The position numbers and the translations under genes were made by a program. A model generated the notes under the pieces. The model was not told where the DNA came from, made no database searches, and worked only from the letters and a program-made list of their open reading frames with translations. Source: Vulcanimicrobiota bacterium (GTDB taxonomy: Bacteria > Vulcanimicrobiota > Vulcanimicrobiia > Vulcanimicrobiales > Vulcanimicrobiaceae). Taken from it: 64,000 bases of DNA. The stretch spans positions 576,001-640,000 of the forward strand of contig CAWGBN010000008.1 in NCBI GenBank assembly GCA_963820825.1, read 5' to 3'. Shown here piece by piece: positions 10,520 to 20,445 of this stretch (position 1 is the stretch's first letter; each line of letters starts with the position of its first letter).

Positions 10520-11588
10520 CTAGCGGTAGCTTCCGCTCGGATACGTCGCGACGCCGTACGCTGAGAACTTGTCGGGGACGCCGAAGGTGAAGAGCTTCTT
10601 GCCGCGCGGGAAGTTGTACTCTTCGACTTGTCCGTAGAAGCGGTCGGCGACGAAGAGCCGCGTGCCCTTGGCGTTCGTGGTGACGAACTCAGGCGTGCCG
10701 CCGGTGACGAGTCTCTTGGTTGTCCCAGGATTCGGAATGGTCTCGTCAACGCCGGGAAGGTACTGATCCACGGCGAGGAACTCGAACGGGTTGCTGCCGG
10801 TGCTGTTGGCGATCGCGATGCCGCCGGTTTGGCCGTACGCGTTGCTGGTCAGCTGCGTGCAGACTTCGTTGTAACCGCCGGGGAAGCAGGAGAGAAGTCC
10901 GCCCACCGCGCTGTCGTTGCTGCCTTTGAACTGCGACTCGAGCGCGTAGACCGACGTCCCGTTCTTGACGTTCGGGTTGATGAGCGCAATGCCGGTGATT
11001 TGCATGTTCGACACGGGAACGTTCCAGGTATAGATCGGATTGGCCGTTCCCGCCTGGTACTCGACGATCGTGTTCACGCCGCCGCTGTATTGACCGTTCA
11101 TCGCGACGTAGACGTTGCCGAATCCGTCGACCTTCACGTCGACCGGACCGTTCATGGCGTTGCTGATCGTGAACTCCGGGGTGCTCGAAATTCTTGGCGT
11201 ATTCGGTCACGGTGTTCGAACCGAGGTTGGCGACCCAGAGGTTTCCGGACGCGTCGGTCGCGATGCCGTTCGGAACGTCAACGCCGTTGACGATCGTGTA
11301 CTCGGCCGGAGGATTGTTCGTTTTGCTGCTCGCGTTGAAGGCGTAGATCGTGCTGTTTGTTGCGTCGGCAACGAAGAGTTTCTGTCCGCCGCTGTCGGGA
11401 TTGACGCGTTGGGCGGCCGAACCTTTGGCGTTGGCGGCGGCCGGCACGTCGAAGTGCGCCGAGCTGGGCGAAACCGGGGTCGTGGGGATCGAGGAGGATG
11501 CGCCGCTGCATCCGGCAAGCGGCTGGGAGAGGATGGCTGCGATCGCGACGCCCGTGATGGTGCGAAGCGAGAGGTTGAGATGATTCAT
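10520..11588 (-). CDS. Secreted NHL-like beta-propeller lipoprotein (one frameshift near 11190)
   Basis: Lipobox LAGC; repeats PNGIATDASGNLWVAN and PVDVKVDGFGNVYVA; two ORFs (10746-11588 and 10520-11155) join. Confidence 0.72.
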
Positions 11589-11664
11589 TGGAAGCGCCTT
11601 TCGTATTGAGAGAAGTGGGGTATCTCGACCCTACCGCTCCCGGCGGCGCTAAACCACGAAGTTT

Positions 11665-12147
11665 CTAGACATTTGCCTGCCAGACGGGAACGCGGATGCC
11701 GTTGGCGCGATTAACGACGAAGGCGAGGAGCGTCAGCACGAAGACGGCTGCCATAAGGAAGACGAAGTCGACCGGCCGCGGCAGAATGCCGAGCGCGACG
11801 ATCAGCGTGGTGGCGCCCGCGGGCGGATGCTCGGCCTTCGCGAGAAGCATGAGCAGCGCGGTCAGCGCCAGTGCGATCGCCGCCGCGAGCACGCGTTGGG
11901 TGCCGACGCCGGAGCTCAACGGGACGCCGAGCAGCCCGGTCGCAGCGAGCCCGGCGTAGCCCGACGCGGCACCGATGAAGTGGCCGAGCAGCACTTGGCG
12001 CGGCCACGAGAAGCGGTCGAGCGGATTGGCGAAGAGCATGATCGCGGTCGGGCCCAGCGACGGAAAGATGAAGGGACGCGCCGTCGCCGCGGCCGCTAGA
12101 CCGATCACCATCATCGCAACGAAACACCAGAAGGCGGTTCGGAGCAT
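11665..12147 (-). CDS. HPP family membrane protein
   Basis: PSLGPTA, PRQVLLGH and HPPAGATTLI motifs. Confidence 0.88.
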   Translation of the reverse strand: MLRTAFWCFVAMMVIGLAAAATARPFIFPSLGPTAIMLFANPLDRFSWPRQVLLGHFIGAASGYAGLAATGLLGVPLSSGVGTQRVLAAAIALALTALLMLLAKAEHPPAGATTLIVALGILPRPVDFVFLMAAVFVLTLLAFVVNRANGIRVPVWQANV

Positions 12148-12184
12148 AGTGCTAATGAGAGCACCCACCCAGGAGCCGTATGCA

Positions 12185-14014
12185 ATGATCCATGCCTTGC
12201 TTTGCGCCGCCGTGCTCGCGGTTACCCCGTCCGAACCGGCTCAGCTCTTCACCCAGGAGCGCGCCGCGGCCGGCGGCGCCGCGTGGGATGCAATCGGCGA
12301 AATCGTCGAGCGCGGAACCTTTGCCGGTGCCGGCTTGAACGGGCCGTATACCAGCTACGTCGATACCAAGACGGGAATGTCGCGCACGGTCCTGACGATC
12401 TCGGGCGCGACGCAGGCGCAAGGCTACGACGCGCAGGGTGCCTGGTCGCAGCAAGGTGGCCTCGTGGAACCGCTCGAGGATCCGGCGAGCCTCGCGTCGG
12501 CGCGAACCGCCGCCTACATCGCGCGCAACGGCTGGTGGAATCCCAGCGGCGATCCGGCGACCTTCTCATACGTTGGCCGCAAAGAATCGGGCGCGGCTTC
12601 GTACGACGTGGTTCGGGTCGTGCCGAGCGGCGGCAATCCGATCGAGGCGTGGCTCGACGCGTCGTCGCACCTGCTTGCCAAGACCGTCATCACCGATGCT
12701 TCGAACGCCGTAACGACGACGGCGCTCTCCGATTACCGCCCGACGCACGGGGTGATGTATCCCTTTGCCACGACGGTGAGCAACGGCAATCCGAAGTACG
12801 ATCAGCGTACCGGTGTAACGAGCGTGGAGTTCTCCGCGACGGCGCACGTTGCGGATTTCACCCGCCCGCAGAATCAGCGCACTGGAAGCATCGCCGGCGG
12901 CAAGAGCTCGACGACGATTCCCTTCGACTTGGACGATCCGCTCCACGGACACATCGTGATCGTCGCGCGAGTCAACGGCTCGCGACCGCTGCACGTGATC
13001 TTCGACACCGGCGGGAGCAACGTGGTGACGCCGGCGATCGCGCAGGAGATCGGATTGCACGGCGGCGGTTCGGTCGCGGCCGGCGGCGCGGGCGAGCAGC
13101 AAGTCTCGGTGCAGCTCGCCTTTGGAACGACGCTGACGGTCGGCGGTGCGACGATCTCCGATCAGCAGTTCGCGATCTTCCCGCTTCCGCCGTCGCTCGT
13201 CGGCATTACCGGTAAGTATCGCATCGACGGCGTCGTCGGATACGAGATCCTCAAGAACTTCGTCGTCTCGATCGATTACGTCCACCGGCGTATGATGCTG
13301 ACCGAACCGGCAGCCTACACGCCACCGCCCGGAGCGACGGCGCTCCGCTTTCGGTCGGCGACGATACCGGTCGTTCCGGCGCGCATCGACGGCGTCGAGG
13401 GAACCTTCATGGTCGATACCGGCAACGCGTTTTATAACACGATTTCGCAGGAGTTCGTAACCGCCCACGAGCTCGCGTCGAATCTGCCGGGCAACGTCTT
13501 GGTGCAGAGCAGCGGAAACATCGGCGGGGCGATCCGCCCGCGTCTGACGCGCTCGGCAAGCTTTGAGATCGGCCCCTACCGTATTTCGAGACCGGTCTTT
13601 GCCGTGACCAACACCACAAAGGGGGCGCTTGCGGGAACGGCCTTCTCGGGAAATATCGGCGAACCGATCTTAACGCGCTTCGATGTCGCCTTCGACTACG
13701 GCCGAAGCACGATCTACTTGAAGCCTAACGCGAACTTCGACAAGCCGTACCTTGGGACGCTCGACGGGATGTCGCTCTACGAGCCGCAAGCTGGCCAGAT
13801 CCGCGTTGCGTTCGTCAATCGCGGCTCCCCGGCCGCGCTCGCCGGGCTCCTTGCCGGCGATCGCATCCTCTCGGTAAACGGCGTCGCCGCGGCAAAGCTC
13901 GGCCTCGCCGGCATCGCAGTGCTCGAACGCGGCGAGCGCTCCGTGAAGATCGCCTACTCGCGCGACGGTAAAACGTTAACGACGACGTTTGCGCCACGCG
14001 AGATGGTTCCGTAG
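12185..14014 (+). CDS. Secreted aspartyl protease with two retropepsin-like domains and a C-terminal PDZ domain
   Basis: Signal peptide; FDTGGS and VDTGNA catalytic motifs; DGVVGY; GSPAALAGLLAGDRILSVNG (PDZ). Confidence 0.85.
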   Translation: MIHALLCAAVLAVTPSEPAQLFTQERAAAGGAAWDAIGEIVERGTFAGAGLNGPYTSYVDTKTGMSRTVLTISGATQAQGYDAQGAWSQQGGLVEPLEDPASLASARTAAYIARNGWWNPSGDPATFSYVGRKESGAASYDVVRVVPSGGNPIEAWLDASSHLLAKTVITDASNAVTTTALSDYRPTHGVMYPFATTVSNGNPKYDQRTGVTSVEFSATAHVADFTRPQNQRTGSIAGGKSSTTIPFDLDDPLHGHIVIVARVNGSRPLHVIFDTGGSNVVTPAIAQEIGLHGGGSVAAGGAGEQQVSVQLAFGTTLTVGGATISDQQFAIFPLPPSLVGITGKYRIDGVVGYEILKNFVVSIDYVHRRMMLTEPAAYTPPPGATALRFRSATIPVVPARIDGVEGTFMVDTGNAFYNTISQEFVTAHELASNLPGNVLVQSSGNIGGAIRPRLTRSASFEIGPYRISRPVFAVTNTTKGALAGTAFSGNIGEPILTRFDVAFDYGRSTIYLKPNANFDKPYLGTLDGMSLYEPQAGQIRVAFVNRGSPAALAGLLAGDRILSVNGVAAAKLGLAGIAVLERGERSVKIAYSRDGKTLTTTFAPREMVP

Positions 14015-15148
14015 ATGCCTCTCTCGCGCGCGGAGTTCATCGGTTCCTCGCTCGGCGCGTCGGCGCTGCTTGCGGCCGGCGCGCCGGCACGCGCGCTCGC
14101 CGCCGCATCTCCTTCCGATAGCCGGCTCGTGCCGGTGCGGATCGATCCGGGCCGCGTCATCCGCACGATCGTCGGCTTGCGTCCCTATCGCGCCGCGGGA
14201 TTCGTGCTGCGTGCCGAGCCGTTCGGCGATAAGGTGCTGGTGCACAACTACGGCCACGGCGGCGGCGGTTTTAGCCTTTCCTGGGGCTGCGCGATGCTCG
14301 CCGCCGATTTGATTGCCGATCGCTCTCCCGCTGATGCGGCGGTCTTGGGCTGCGGCGTCATCGGATTAACCACTGCGCGCATATTGCAGGAACGCGGATG
14401 GCGGGTCACCATCTACGCCGCCGACCTTCCGCCGCAGACCACCTCGAACGTTGCGGGCGCGCAGTGGACGCCGACGGCCGTCTTCACTCGGAATCGAACG
14501 ACGCCGGCATTCATGGATACTTATCGCAAGGCCTCACGCCTCGCCAACCGAAGCTTTCAACTGATGGTCGGTCCGACGTATGGCGTGCGCTGGATCGACA
14601 ACTACGTGCTCAAGCACGACGCGCAGCCCGGCGGCGAGATCGATAATGCCGAAGCGACCGGCATCGCCGATCTCTACGCCGATATCGAGACGGTCGATCC
14701 AAACTCGGTGCCGTTCGCCGGCTTTTCAAATATCCGCCGCTTCGCCTCGATGCTGATGGAGCCGAACACCTTTCTGCCCGCCGTACAGCGCGATTTTCTC
14801 TTGCAGGGCGGCAAGATCGTGGTGCGCGACTTTCACGCGCCGTCCGAGATCGCGCGGCTGCACGAACGCGTGCTCTTCAACTGCACCGGCTTGGGCTCGC
14901 GCGCGCTCTTCGGCGACACGATGCTCGAACCGGTCCGCGGTCAGCTCACGATTCTCGAGCCGCAACCCGACGTCGACTACTGCTACCTGGTGAACACGCC
15001 CTTGCTCTACATGTTTCCGCGCAGCGACGGCATCCTGTTGGGCGGCACCTTCGAATTCGGCAACTGGTCGACGGCAGTCGACCTCGCAACGCAAAACCGC
15101 ATCCTTACCGAACACGCCGCCGTCTTCCGCGCCAACGTGTCGTCCTGA
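14015..15148 (+). CDS. D-amino-acid oxidase family FAD oxidoreductase, circularly permuted, Tat-like leader
   Basis: VGLRPYR, VHNYGHGGGG, VLGCGVIG, TTSNVAGA, NCTGLG, PVRGQ, YMFPRSDGILLGGT. Confidence 0.85.
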   Translation: MPLSRAEFIGSSLGASALLAAGAPARALAAASPSDSRLVPVRIDPGRVIRTIVGLRPYRAAGFVLRAEPFGDKVLVHNYGHGGGGFSLSWGCAMLAADLIADRSPADAAVLGCGVIGLTTARILQERGWRVTIYAADLPPQTTSNVAGAQWTPTAVFTRNRTTPAFMDTYRKASRLANRSFQLMVGPTYGVRWIDNYVLKHDAQPGGEIDNAEATGIADLYADIETVDPNSVPFAGFSNIRRFASMLMEPNTFLPAVQRDFLLQGGKIVVRDFHAPSEIARLHERVLFNCTGLGSRALFGDTMLEPVRGQLTILEPQPDVDYCYLVNTPLLYMFPRSDGILLGGTFEFGNWSTAVDLATQNRILTEHAAVFRANVSS

Positions 15149-15182
15149 GCGAAGCGCGCGGTAGCGCGCGAAGTCGAAGGGG
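15138..15182 (+). repeat. Possible REP-like palindromic element
   Basis: TGTCGTCCTGAGCGAAGCGCGCGGTAGCGCGCGAAGTCGAAGG with an internal GCGCGC palindrome, between convergent genes; only one copy seen. Confidence 0.35.
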
Positions 15183-15185
15183 CGC

Positions 15186-16919
15186 CTACAACGGTTTGCC
15201 GTCGTCGCTCGTGCCGAGGATAAAGGGGCGCAGCAACGGAATCGGCGGATCGCCGCGCGAGAGCAGGTCGTCGTGGAACTTCTCCAGCGTGAACGCGCTG
15301 CCCAGCTTCTTCTTGTAGTCGCTGCGGAGCTTGAGAATCATCAGCTTGCCGAGCGTGTAGTAGCCGTACATCGGATCCTGCGTGCCGCGCAACGACTCTT
15401 CGAGCGCGACCTGCGGCGTTTGAAAGCACTGGCTCGTGAAGGTCCTCTCCGCCGCATCGAGCGTCATGCCTTGCGTGTGCAGCTTGACGCCGACGATGTA
15501 GCGGCACTCGCGCAACAAGGCTTCGTCGAGCTGCGCGAGGCGAACGCGCGGATCGCCGTTGCCCCAGCCCTCGTCGACCATCATCTGTTCGCTATAGTGC
15601 GCCCACCCTTCGGCGAACTCCGAGCTCAGCGAAAGTTTCCGCGTGAGGCTGAGGTCGAGCCCGCGCTCGATCGCGAAGTTCGTGAAGTGTCCGGGGTAGA
15701 CTTCGTGCGCCGAGATGATCGGAAACTCGAAATCGTTGAACTGCGCGAGGTACTCTTCTTTCTGCTTCGCCGACCAAGTCGGATCGACCGGCGTGACGTT
15801 GTAATACGACTGCGTCGCGACGGTCTCGAGTGGACCCGGCGAATCTTCGGAGGCCGTCGTCGTCGCTCGCTCGAAGGGCGGTGTCTCGACGACCTTGATG
15901 TTCGCGTCGGTTGGCAACGTTACCAGCTGCTTCGTCTCGACAAACGCACGCAGCCGAACGAGGTCGCGTTGCGCCGTCGAGAGCAAGGCGTCGGGCGCGG
16001 GATGGATGCGGGTGATCGAGAGATAGACCTGCAGCGGCGTCGCCTTCGGATCGATCTCCTTCGCGGTGGCGACGAACTGCGCGCGAGTCTGAGCGAGCGC
16101 CTTCTCTCCGACGCCGAGATACTGATCGAGCGGCATGTCGAGCGCGTCTTCGTAGAGTAAGCGCTGCCGGTAGGCATCGGCGCCGATCGCGAAGGTGCCA
16201 CTCGGCTTGAGCGTCTTGATCCACCGCGCGTACGCACCCATCGCCTCCATGACCGCGGCGTTCGCGCTCTTGAGTTGCGCTTGCAGCGACGCATCCTTGA
16301 CCGCATCGAATGCCAGCGGAACCGACTCTTTGAAGAAGTCGACCGAACCGGCTGCATCCTCGGCAGCGATCCGCTGCGTGACCGCGTCGACCGTGGTGAT
16401 GTTCTTCTCCGCGTCCTGCAGCAGTCCCGGGATCAATTTCTCGCGCGCGATTGCATAGCCCATGCGCGTGGCGAGCGGCGCGTAGTCTTTGCTCATCACC
16501 GTGAAGACCGCCCCGCTTGCCGATTCGGTGTAATCGTCGGGATTGTGCTTCCATTGGGCCAACGTGTCGTTGAGCAGCAGGTCGTCGCGCAACGAGTTCT
16601 CGAGCAGGGTACGATCGAGCGCCACGCTCGCCGAGAGCGAGGAGGGATCGATCGCGTCCAGCTTTGCGAGATAATCGTGGTCGACGGCGAGTTGCTGCGC
16701 GACGCCGGCCGCGGAGAAGTCGCCGATCTGATCGTCGTAATCGTGAATGCCGACCTCCGTCGCGGAGATCGGGCTAAGCCGAAATGCCTCGGCATAATAC
16801 GATTTTGCCAGCGCGACGTACGCGGCGTCGCCGCCGCTTGGTTCCGCAGGCGCCGGCGACGCCGCCAGCAGCGCAAAGGTAAGCAGCAGCGAGGGGAGGC
16901 GGTTGCAAATCTTCGTCAT
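15186..16919 (-). CDS. DUF885 family secreted protein (metallopeptidase-like)
   Basis: Signal peptide; AHEVYPGH, FAEGWAHYSE, YYTLGKLMILKLR, FHDDLL. Confidence 0.88.
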   Translation of the reverse strand: MTKICNRLPSLLLTFALLAASPAPAEPSGGDAAYVALAKSYYAEAFRLSPISATEVGIHDYDDQIGDFSAAGVAQQLAVDHDYLAKLDAIDPSSLSASVALDRTLLENSLRDDLLLNDTLAQWKHNPDDYTESASGAVFTVMSKDYAPLATRMGYAIAREKLIPGLLQDAEKNITTVDAVTQRIAAEDAAGSVDFFKESVPLAFDAVKDASLQAQLKSANAAVMEAMGAYARWIKTLKPSGTFAIGADAYRQRLLYEDALDMPLDQYLGVGEKALAQTRAQFVATAKEIDPKATPLQVYLSITRIHPAPDALLSTAQRDLVRLRAFVETKQLVTLPTDANIKVVETPPFERATTTASEDSPGPLETVATQSYYNVTPVDPTWSAKQKEEYLAQFNDFEFPIISAHEVYPGHFTNFAIERGLDLSLTRKLSLSSEFAEGWAHYSEQMMVDEGWGNGDPRVRLAQLDEALLRECRYIVGVKLHTQGMTLDAAERTFTSQCFQTPQVALEESLRGTQDPMYGYYTLGKLMILKLRSDYKKKLGSAFTLEKFHDDLLSRGDPPIPLLRPFILGTSDDGKPL

Positions 16920-16995
16920 GGCGCCAAGACTTGCAACTGCGAAAACGCGCCACCTGCTGCCGGGGTTCGCCGTTCGTCGCTCGAAGGCAGGCGCA

Positions 16996-17871
16996 GTGGA
17001 TCGGCGTTGCAGATCGGTCGCGCTACTCGCTCTTGCGTTGCCGTTGCTCGCAAACGCTCGCGTGCAGGCCGATCCGATCGCAGCACCCTCGCCGTCGCCG
17101 AGCGCGCAGCCCTCGGATCCGTGCGGTGGTCCGGGACGCCTGTTGGCAACGCCCAATCGGCCCACCGTCGGATACAGCCCCTGCACCGTCAAGAGAGGAA
17201 CGGCGGTTTTCGAACTCGGCTATCAAAATCAAGTCAACGGCACGCCGGCCGACGGATCGGTCCAGAGCCAAGTGCCGCAGAACTTCTTGCGCGTCGGCGT
17301 TGCGACGCGCTTCGAACTCGACGTCATCGGGCCGAACTACGTTGCGACGCGTACGTATCAACCGAGCGAGCCGAGCGTGGTGACGCACGGCGTCACCGAT
17401 TCCGGTTTGGGGTTTAAGTACGAGTTGCCGCCCGCGGGAAGGTGGACCATCGGCTTCGACGGGCTCTACACCGGTCCGAACGGCTCGCCGTTTCTCACCA
17501 ACGGCAGCACCACGCTCACCGGAAACCTCGACGCGTCGTACGCTCTGACCCCGTCGACGGGCATCGGAACGACGATCGCCGTCTCGTCGACGGGAGCGCT
17601 CCAAAACGGCGTCCGCACGGAGTACGGCATCACCGAGCCGTCGTTTGTCGTGACCAAACAGATACCGCACTTCTATCAGTTCTATGCAGAGTACGTCTTC
17701 GTTTCGAAGGTAGCACCGAACGCCGGAGGCCGCACCTTCACCGACTTCGGCGTGCAGAAACTGCTTGGAACGAACACGGAGATCGACGTCGAGTACGGCC
17801 ACGCCTTCACCGGCGATCCCGCGCTACGATTCGATTACGTCGGCTCGGGGCTCGTCTTGCAGCTCTGGTAG
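16996..17871 (+). CDS. Putative outer-membrane beta-barrel (MetA-pathway/transporter-like)
   Basis: Signal peptide; NRPTVGYSPCTV...FELGY N-terminus; amphipathic beta pattern; terminal aromatic residue (LQLW). Confidence 0.6.
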   Translation: MDRRCRSVALLALALPLLANARVQADPIAAPSPSPSAQPSDPCGGPGRLLATPNRPTVGYSPCTVKRGTAVFELGYQNQVNGTPADGSVQSQVPQNFLRVGVATRFELDVIGPNYVATRTYQPSEPSVVTHGVTDSGLGFKYELPPAGRWTIGFDGLYTGPNGSPFLTNGSTTLTGNLDASYALTPSTGIGTTIAVSSTGALQNGVRTEYGITEPSFVVTKQIPHFYQFYAEYVFVSKVAPNAGGRTFTDFGVQKLLGTNTEIDVEYGHAFTGDPALRFDYVGSGLVLQLW

Positions 17872-17874
17872 GAG

Positions 17875-19011
17875 CTACGGGCTCGCGCATTTTGGAATAC
17901 GCGCGTGCTGCGGCGGGACGTACGGGTCGCGCGGCGTGTAGAACGCGCGGAGCGGCCGGCGCCCGTCGACCGTCACCTCATAGGTCGGCTCGCTTCCGCA
18001 CCAACTGCCGAAATCGAAGCGCTGGCCTTGGCGCTCGAGCTTGGTCACCGTCAGCTTGCCGGAGACGAACGGTGCGCCGGCGACGATTTGCTTCGCCGGA
18101 CCGCCGCGAATCAGAAAGGCCGATCCGCCCTTACCTTGCAGCAGAAGCGTGCCGACTCCGTGCTTGTCGATGACGATGCCGCTCGCTTCGTCGACCCCGA
18201 TTCCGAACACGACGGCGGGCCGGCGACGAACCTTGCCGTCGGCGATCTGCCGCGCCATGAAGACCGCCGTTCTTCCGAAACGATTGCGCGTGACGAAGTG
18301 CATGTCGGCGATCGCATCGTGCAGCGGCGCGAAGGCAAAGAGATCGTACGTAAAGCTGATCAGCCGTTCGTAGGGATGGTGCACGGCGTTGCGCGTGTTG
18401 GCGTCGCGATCGACGTCGTTGCGCGCGTCGAAGACGAACTTGCTCAAGATCGCCTCGCCGGCGCTCGTGCCCCCGACCACGCCGCCCGCGTCGTAGACCC
18501 GCTGCACCGCAGATTGAACCGGCGTGCCTTTCCAGATGGCGTAGTCGGCTTGATCGCCGCCGGCGAAGAATATCGCCGAAGAGCGCGCGACGATCGCGGC
18601 TGCTTCGCGCAGAGTCTCCGCCGAGGAGCAGACCGGTACGAGCAGCGTGCGCACGGAGTGATACGGCGCGAGACGATAGATATAGCGATCGTAATCGTTA
18701 TTACCCGTCGCTCGCAGCACGACGAGATCGCCGCCGCGGCGGCCGTGCGATCCGACGACGGTATCGTGAATCCAAACGAACTCACCGTTGACGTCGGTCC
18801 CGCCGCCGCCGAGCACGAGGCCAGGTCCTTGAAGTTCGATCCGATGCGGTTTCGGCGCGCCGACGGGTTTGTAGAAAATCGGCTTGCAGGCGGCCGGCGC
18901 GCGCTGCGTCGTCGCGGCCGGCTCGGAGCGGCTCGCGGGAAGCGGACCGCCGCAACCGCAGAGCACCGCGAGAATAATGCCCGCGCAGAGCAAGGGCACC
19001 AATTCCGCCAT
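17875..19011 (-). CDS. Cyanophycinase-like peptidase S51, probable lipoprotein
   Basis: LVLGGGG, IFFAGGDQ, GGTSAG (nucleophile), DMHF...RNRFGR, GVDE. Confidence 0.85.
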   Translation of the reverse strand: MAELVPLLCAGIILAVLCGCGGPLPASRSEPAATTQRAPAACKPIFYKPVGAPKPHRIELQGPGLVLGGGGTDVNGEFVWIHDTVVGSHGRRGGDLVVLRATGNNDYDRYIYRLAPYHSVRTLLVPVCSSAETLREAAAIVARSSAIFFAGGDQADYAIWKGTPVQSAVQRVYDAGGVVGGTSAGEAILSKFVFDARNDVDRDANTRNAVHHPYERLISFTYDLFAFAPLHDAIADMHFVTRNRFGRTAVFMARQIADGKVRRRPAVVFGIGVDEASGIVIDKHGVGTLLLQGKGGSAFLIRGGPAKQIVAGAPFVSGKLTVTKLERQGQRFDFGSWCGSEPTYEVTVDGRRPLRAFYTPRDPYVPPQHARIPKCASP

Positions 19012-19134
19012 GCGGAAGGTTCGCTTTGGGGGTCTGCGATGTTTACACACGTCCTGCGCCGTTATTTTACCGCCGCCGTGGTTCTAACATCTACCGCGTG
19101 TTCGAGCAGGCCGCCGCTCGTCAAGAGGTAAGGA

Positions 19135-20445
19135 GTGCTCGGCGATCTCGACGTCATCGTCGTCGGAGCCGGCGCCGCAGGCTTAGCGGCGGCGCGCCAT
19201 CTCGGCCGAAAATCGATGCGCGTCATGGTGCTCGAGGCGCGCGACCGCATCGGCGGGCGCGTTTGGCCGTTTGCGCCGCGCGAATCGTGGGGAGAGCTCG
19301 GCGCCGAGTTCGTTCACGGCCGCGCGTCGCTCACGTACGAGTTGCTGCGCGAGGCGGGGCTGGCATGGGATCCCGTCGACGGCGAGCGCTGGGGCCGCAC
19401 ACCCGACGGAGGGCTGCAATGTGAAATGGAGTCGTTCGGGCCGGACACGACACTCTTCGATGCGCTGCAAAACGTACAAGGAGACGTCAGCGTCGCCGAG
19501 TACTTCCAACGCTATTCCGGCGATCCGGCGATGCGCTTGCGCATCGAATCGGCAACTGCCTTCATCGAAGGCTTCGATGCAGCCGATCCCCGGATCGCAA
19601 GCGCGCGCGCGATCGCCGCGGAGTGGAGCTCGGGCGTCGACGAAAGCTCGACGCGGCCGCGCCACACGTACCGGCCACTCTTCTATTTCGTCTACGACGC
19701 GTGCCTCAAGCTCGGCGTCGATTTTCACTTCTCTACCGTCGTCGAACGCATCGCGTGGAGCAAGGGGCGAGTCGCGGTCGAGGCGCGCGGCGAGCGAGGT
19801 GTACGGCAGACGTTTGACGCTCGCGCCTGCATCGTAACGATCCCCGCCGGCGTGCTGCGGCATACCGGCGACGCAACGGCGATCGCGTTCGATCCGCCGC
19901 TGCCCGGTGACAAACGGCAAGCACTGCAAGCGATAGAGATGGGAGATGCGGTCAAGGTGGCGCTCTGGTTTCGATCCCGGTTCTGGGAGCGGCTCGACGG
20001 CGGGCGCTATCGCGATGCGGCCTTCTTCCGCACGGCCGGCGAGCCGTTTACCGTCTATTGGAGCGCGCTTCCGCAACGCAATACGATCGTCAATGGCTGG
20101 AGCGGCGGTCCGAAAGCGACCGCGTTGCAGAATCTCTCGGAGGATGCGCTGGTCGATCGCGCGCTGCGCGGCTTCGGCGCGCTCTTCGATAACGAACGGC
20201 TCGCGCGCGAGGAGTTCGTTGCCGGGGCCGTGCACGATTGGCGCGCCGATCCCTTCGCTCGCGGCGCCTATAGCTATCTAGCGGTCGGCGCGGACGACGC
20301 TCGCGCGGTTCTCGGTGCGCCGCTCGCAGGCACGCTCTTCTTCGCGGGTGAAGCGACGGCGCTCAATGGCGAGAGCGGAACGGTGAACGGGGCCTTGGAG
20401 TCCGGCGAGCGCGCCGCCGCAGAAATAGAGGCTGCGCATGAATGA
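19135..20445 (+). CDS. Flavin monoamine oxidase family protein
   Basis: VVGAGAAGL, LEARDRIGGR, ELGAEFVHG, GAYSY, LFFAGEAT, GTVNGALESG. Confidence 0.9.
   Translation: MLGDLDVIVVGAGAAGLAAARHLGRKSMRVMVLEARDRIGGRVWPFAPRESWGELGAEFVHGRASLTYELLREAGLAWDPVDGERWGRTPDGGLQCEMESFGPDTTLFDALQNVQGDVSVAEYFQRYSGDPAMRLRIESATAFIEGFDAADPRIASARAIAAEWSSGVDESSTRPRHTYRPLFYFVYDACLKLGVDFHFSTVVERIAWSKGRVAVEARGERGVRQTFDARACIVTIPAGVLRHTGDATAIAFDPPLPGDKRQALQAIEMGDAVKVALWFRSRFWERLDGGRYRDAAFFRTAGEPFTVYWSALPQRNTIVNGWSGGPKATALQNLSEDALVDRALRGFGALFDNERLAREEFVAGAVHDWRADPFARGAYSYLAVGADDARAVLGAPLAGTLFFAGEATALNGESGTVNGALESGERAAAEIEAAHE

Noticed and set aside
11155..11220. Single frameshifts in propeller genes (here and near 41965) as phase variation
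   Set aside because: No long homopolymer or microsatellite at either site, and similar errors occur elsewhere in the window.
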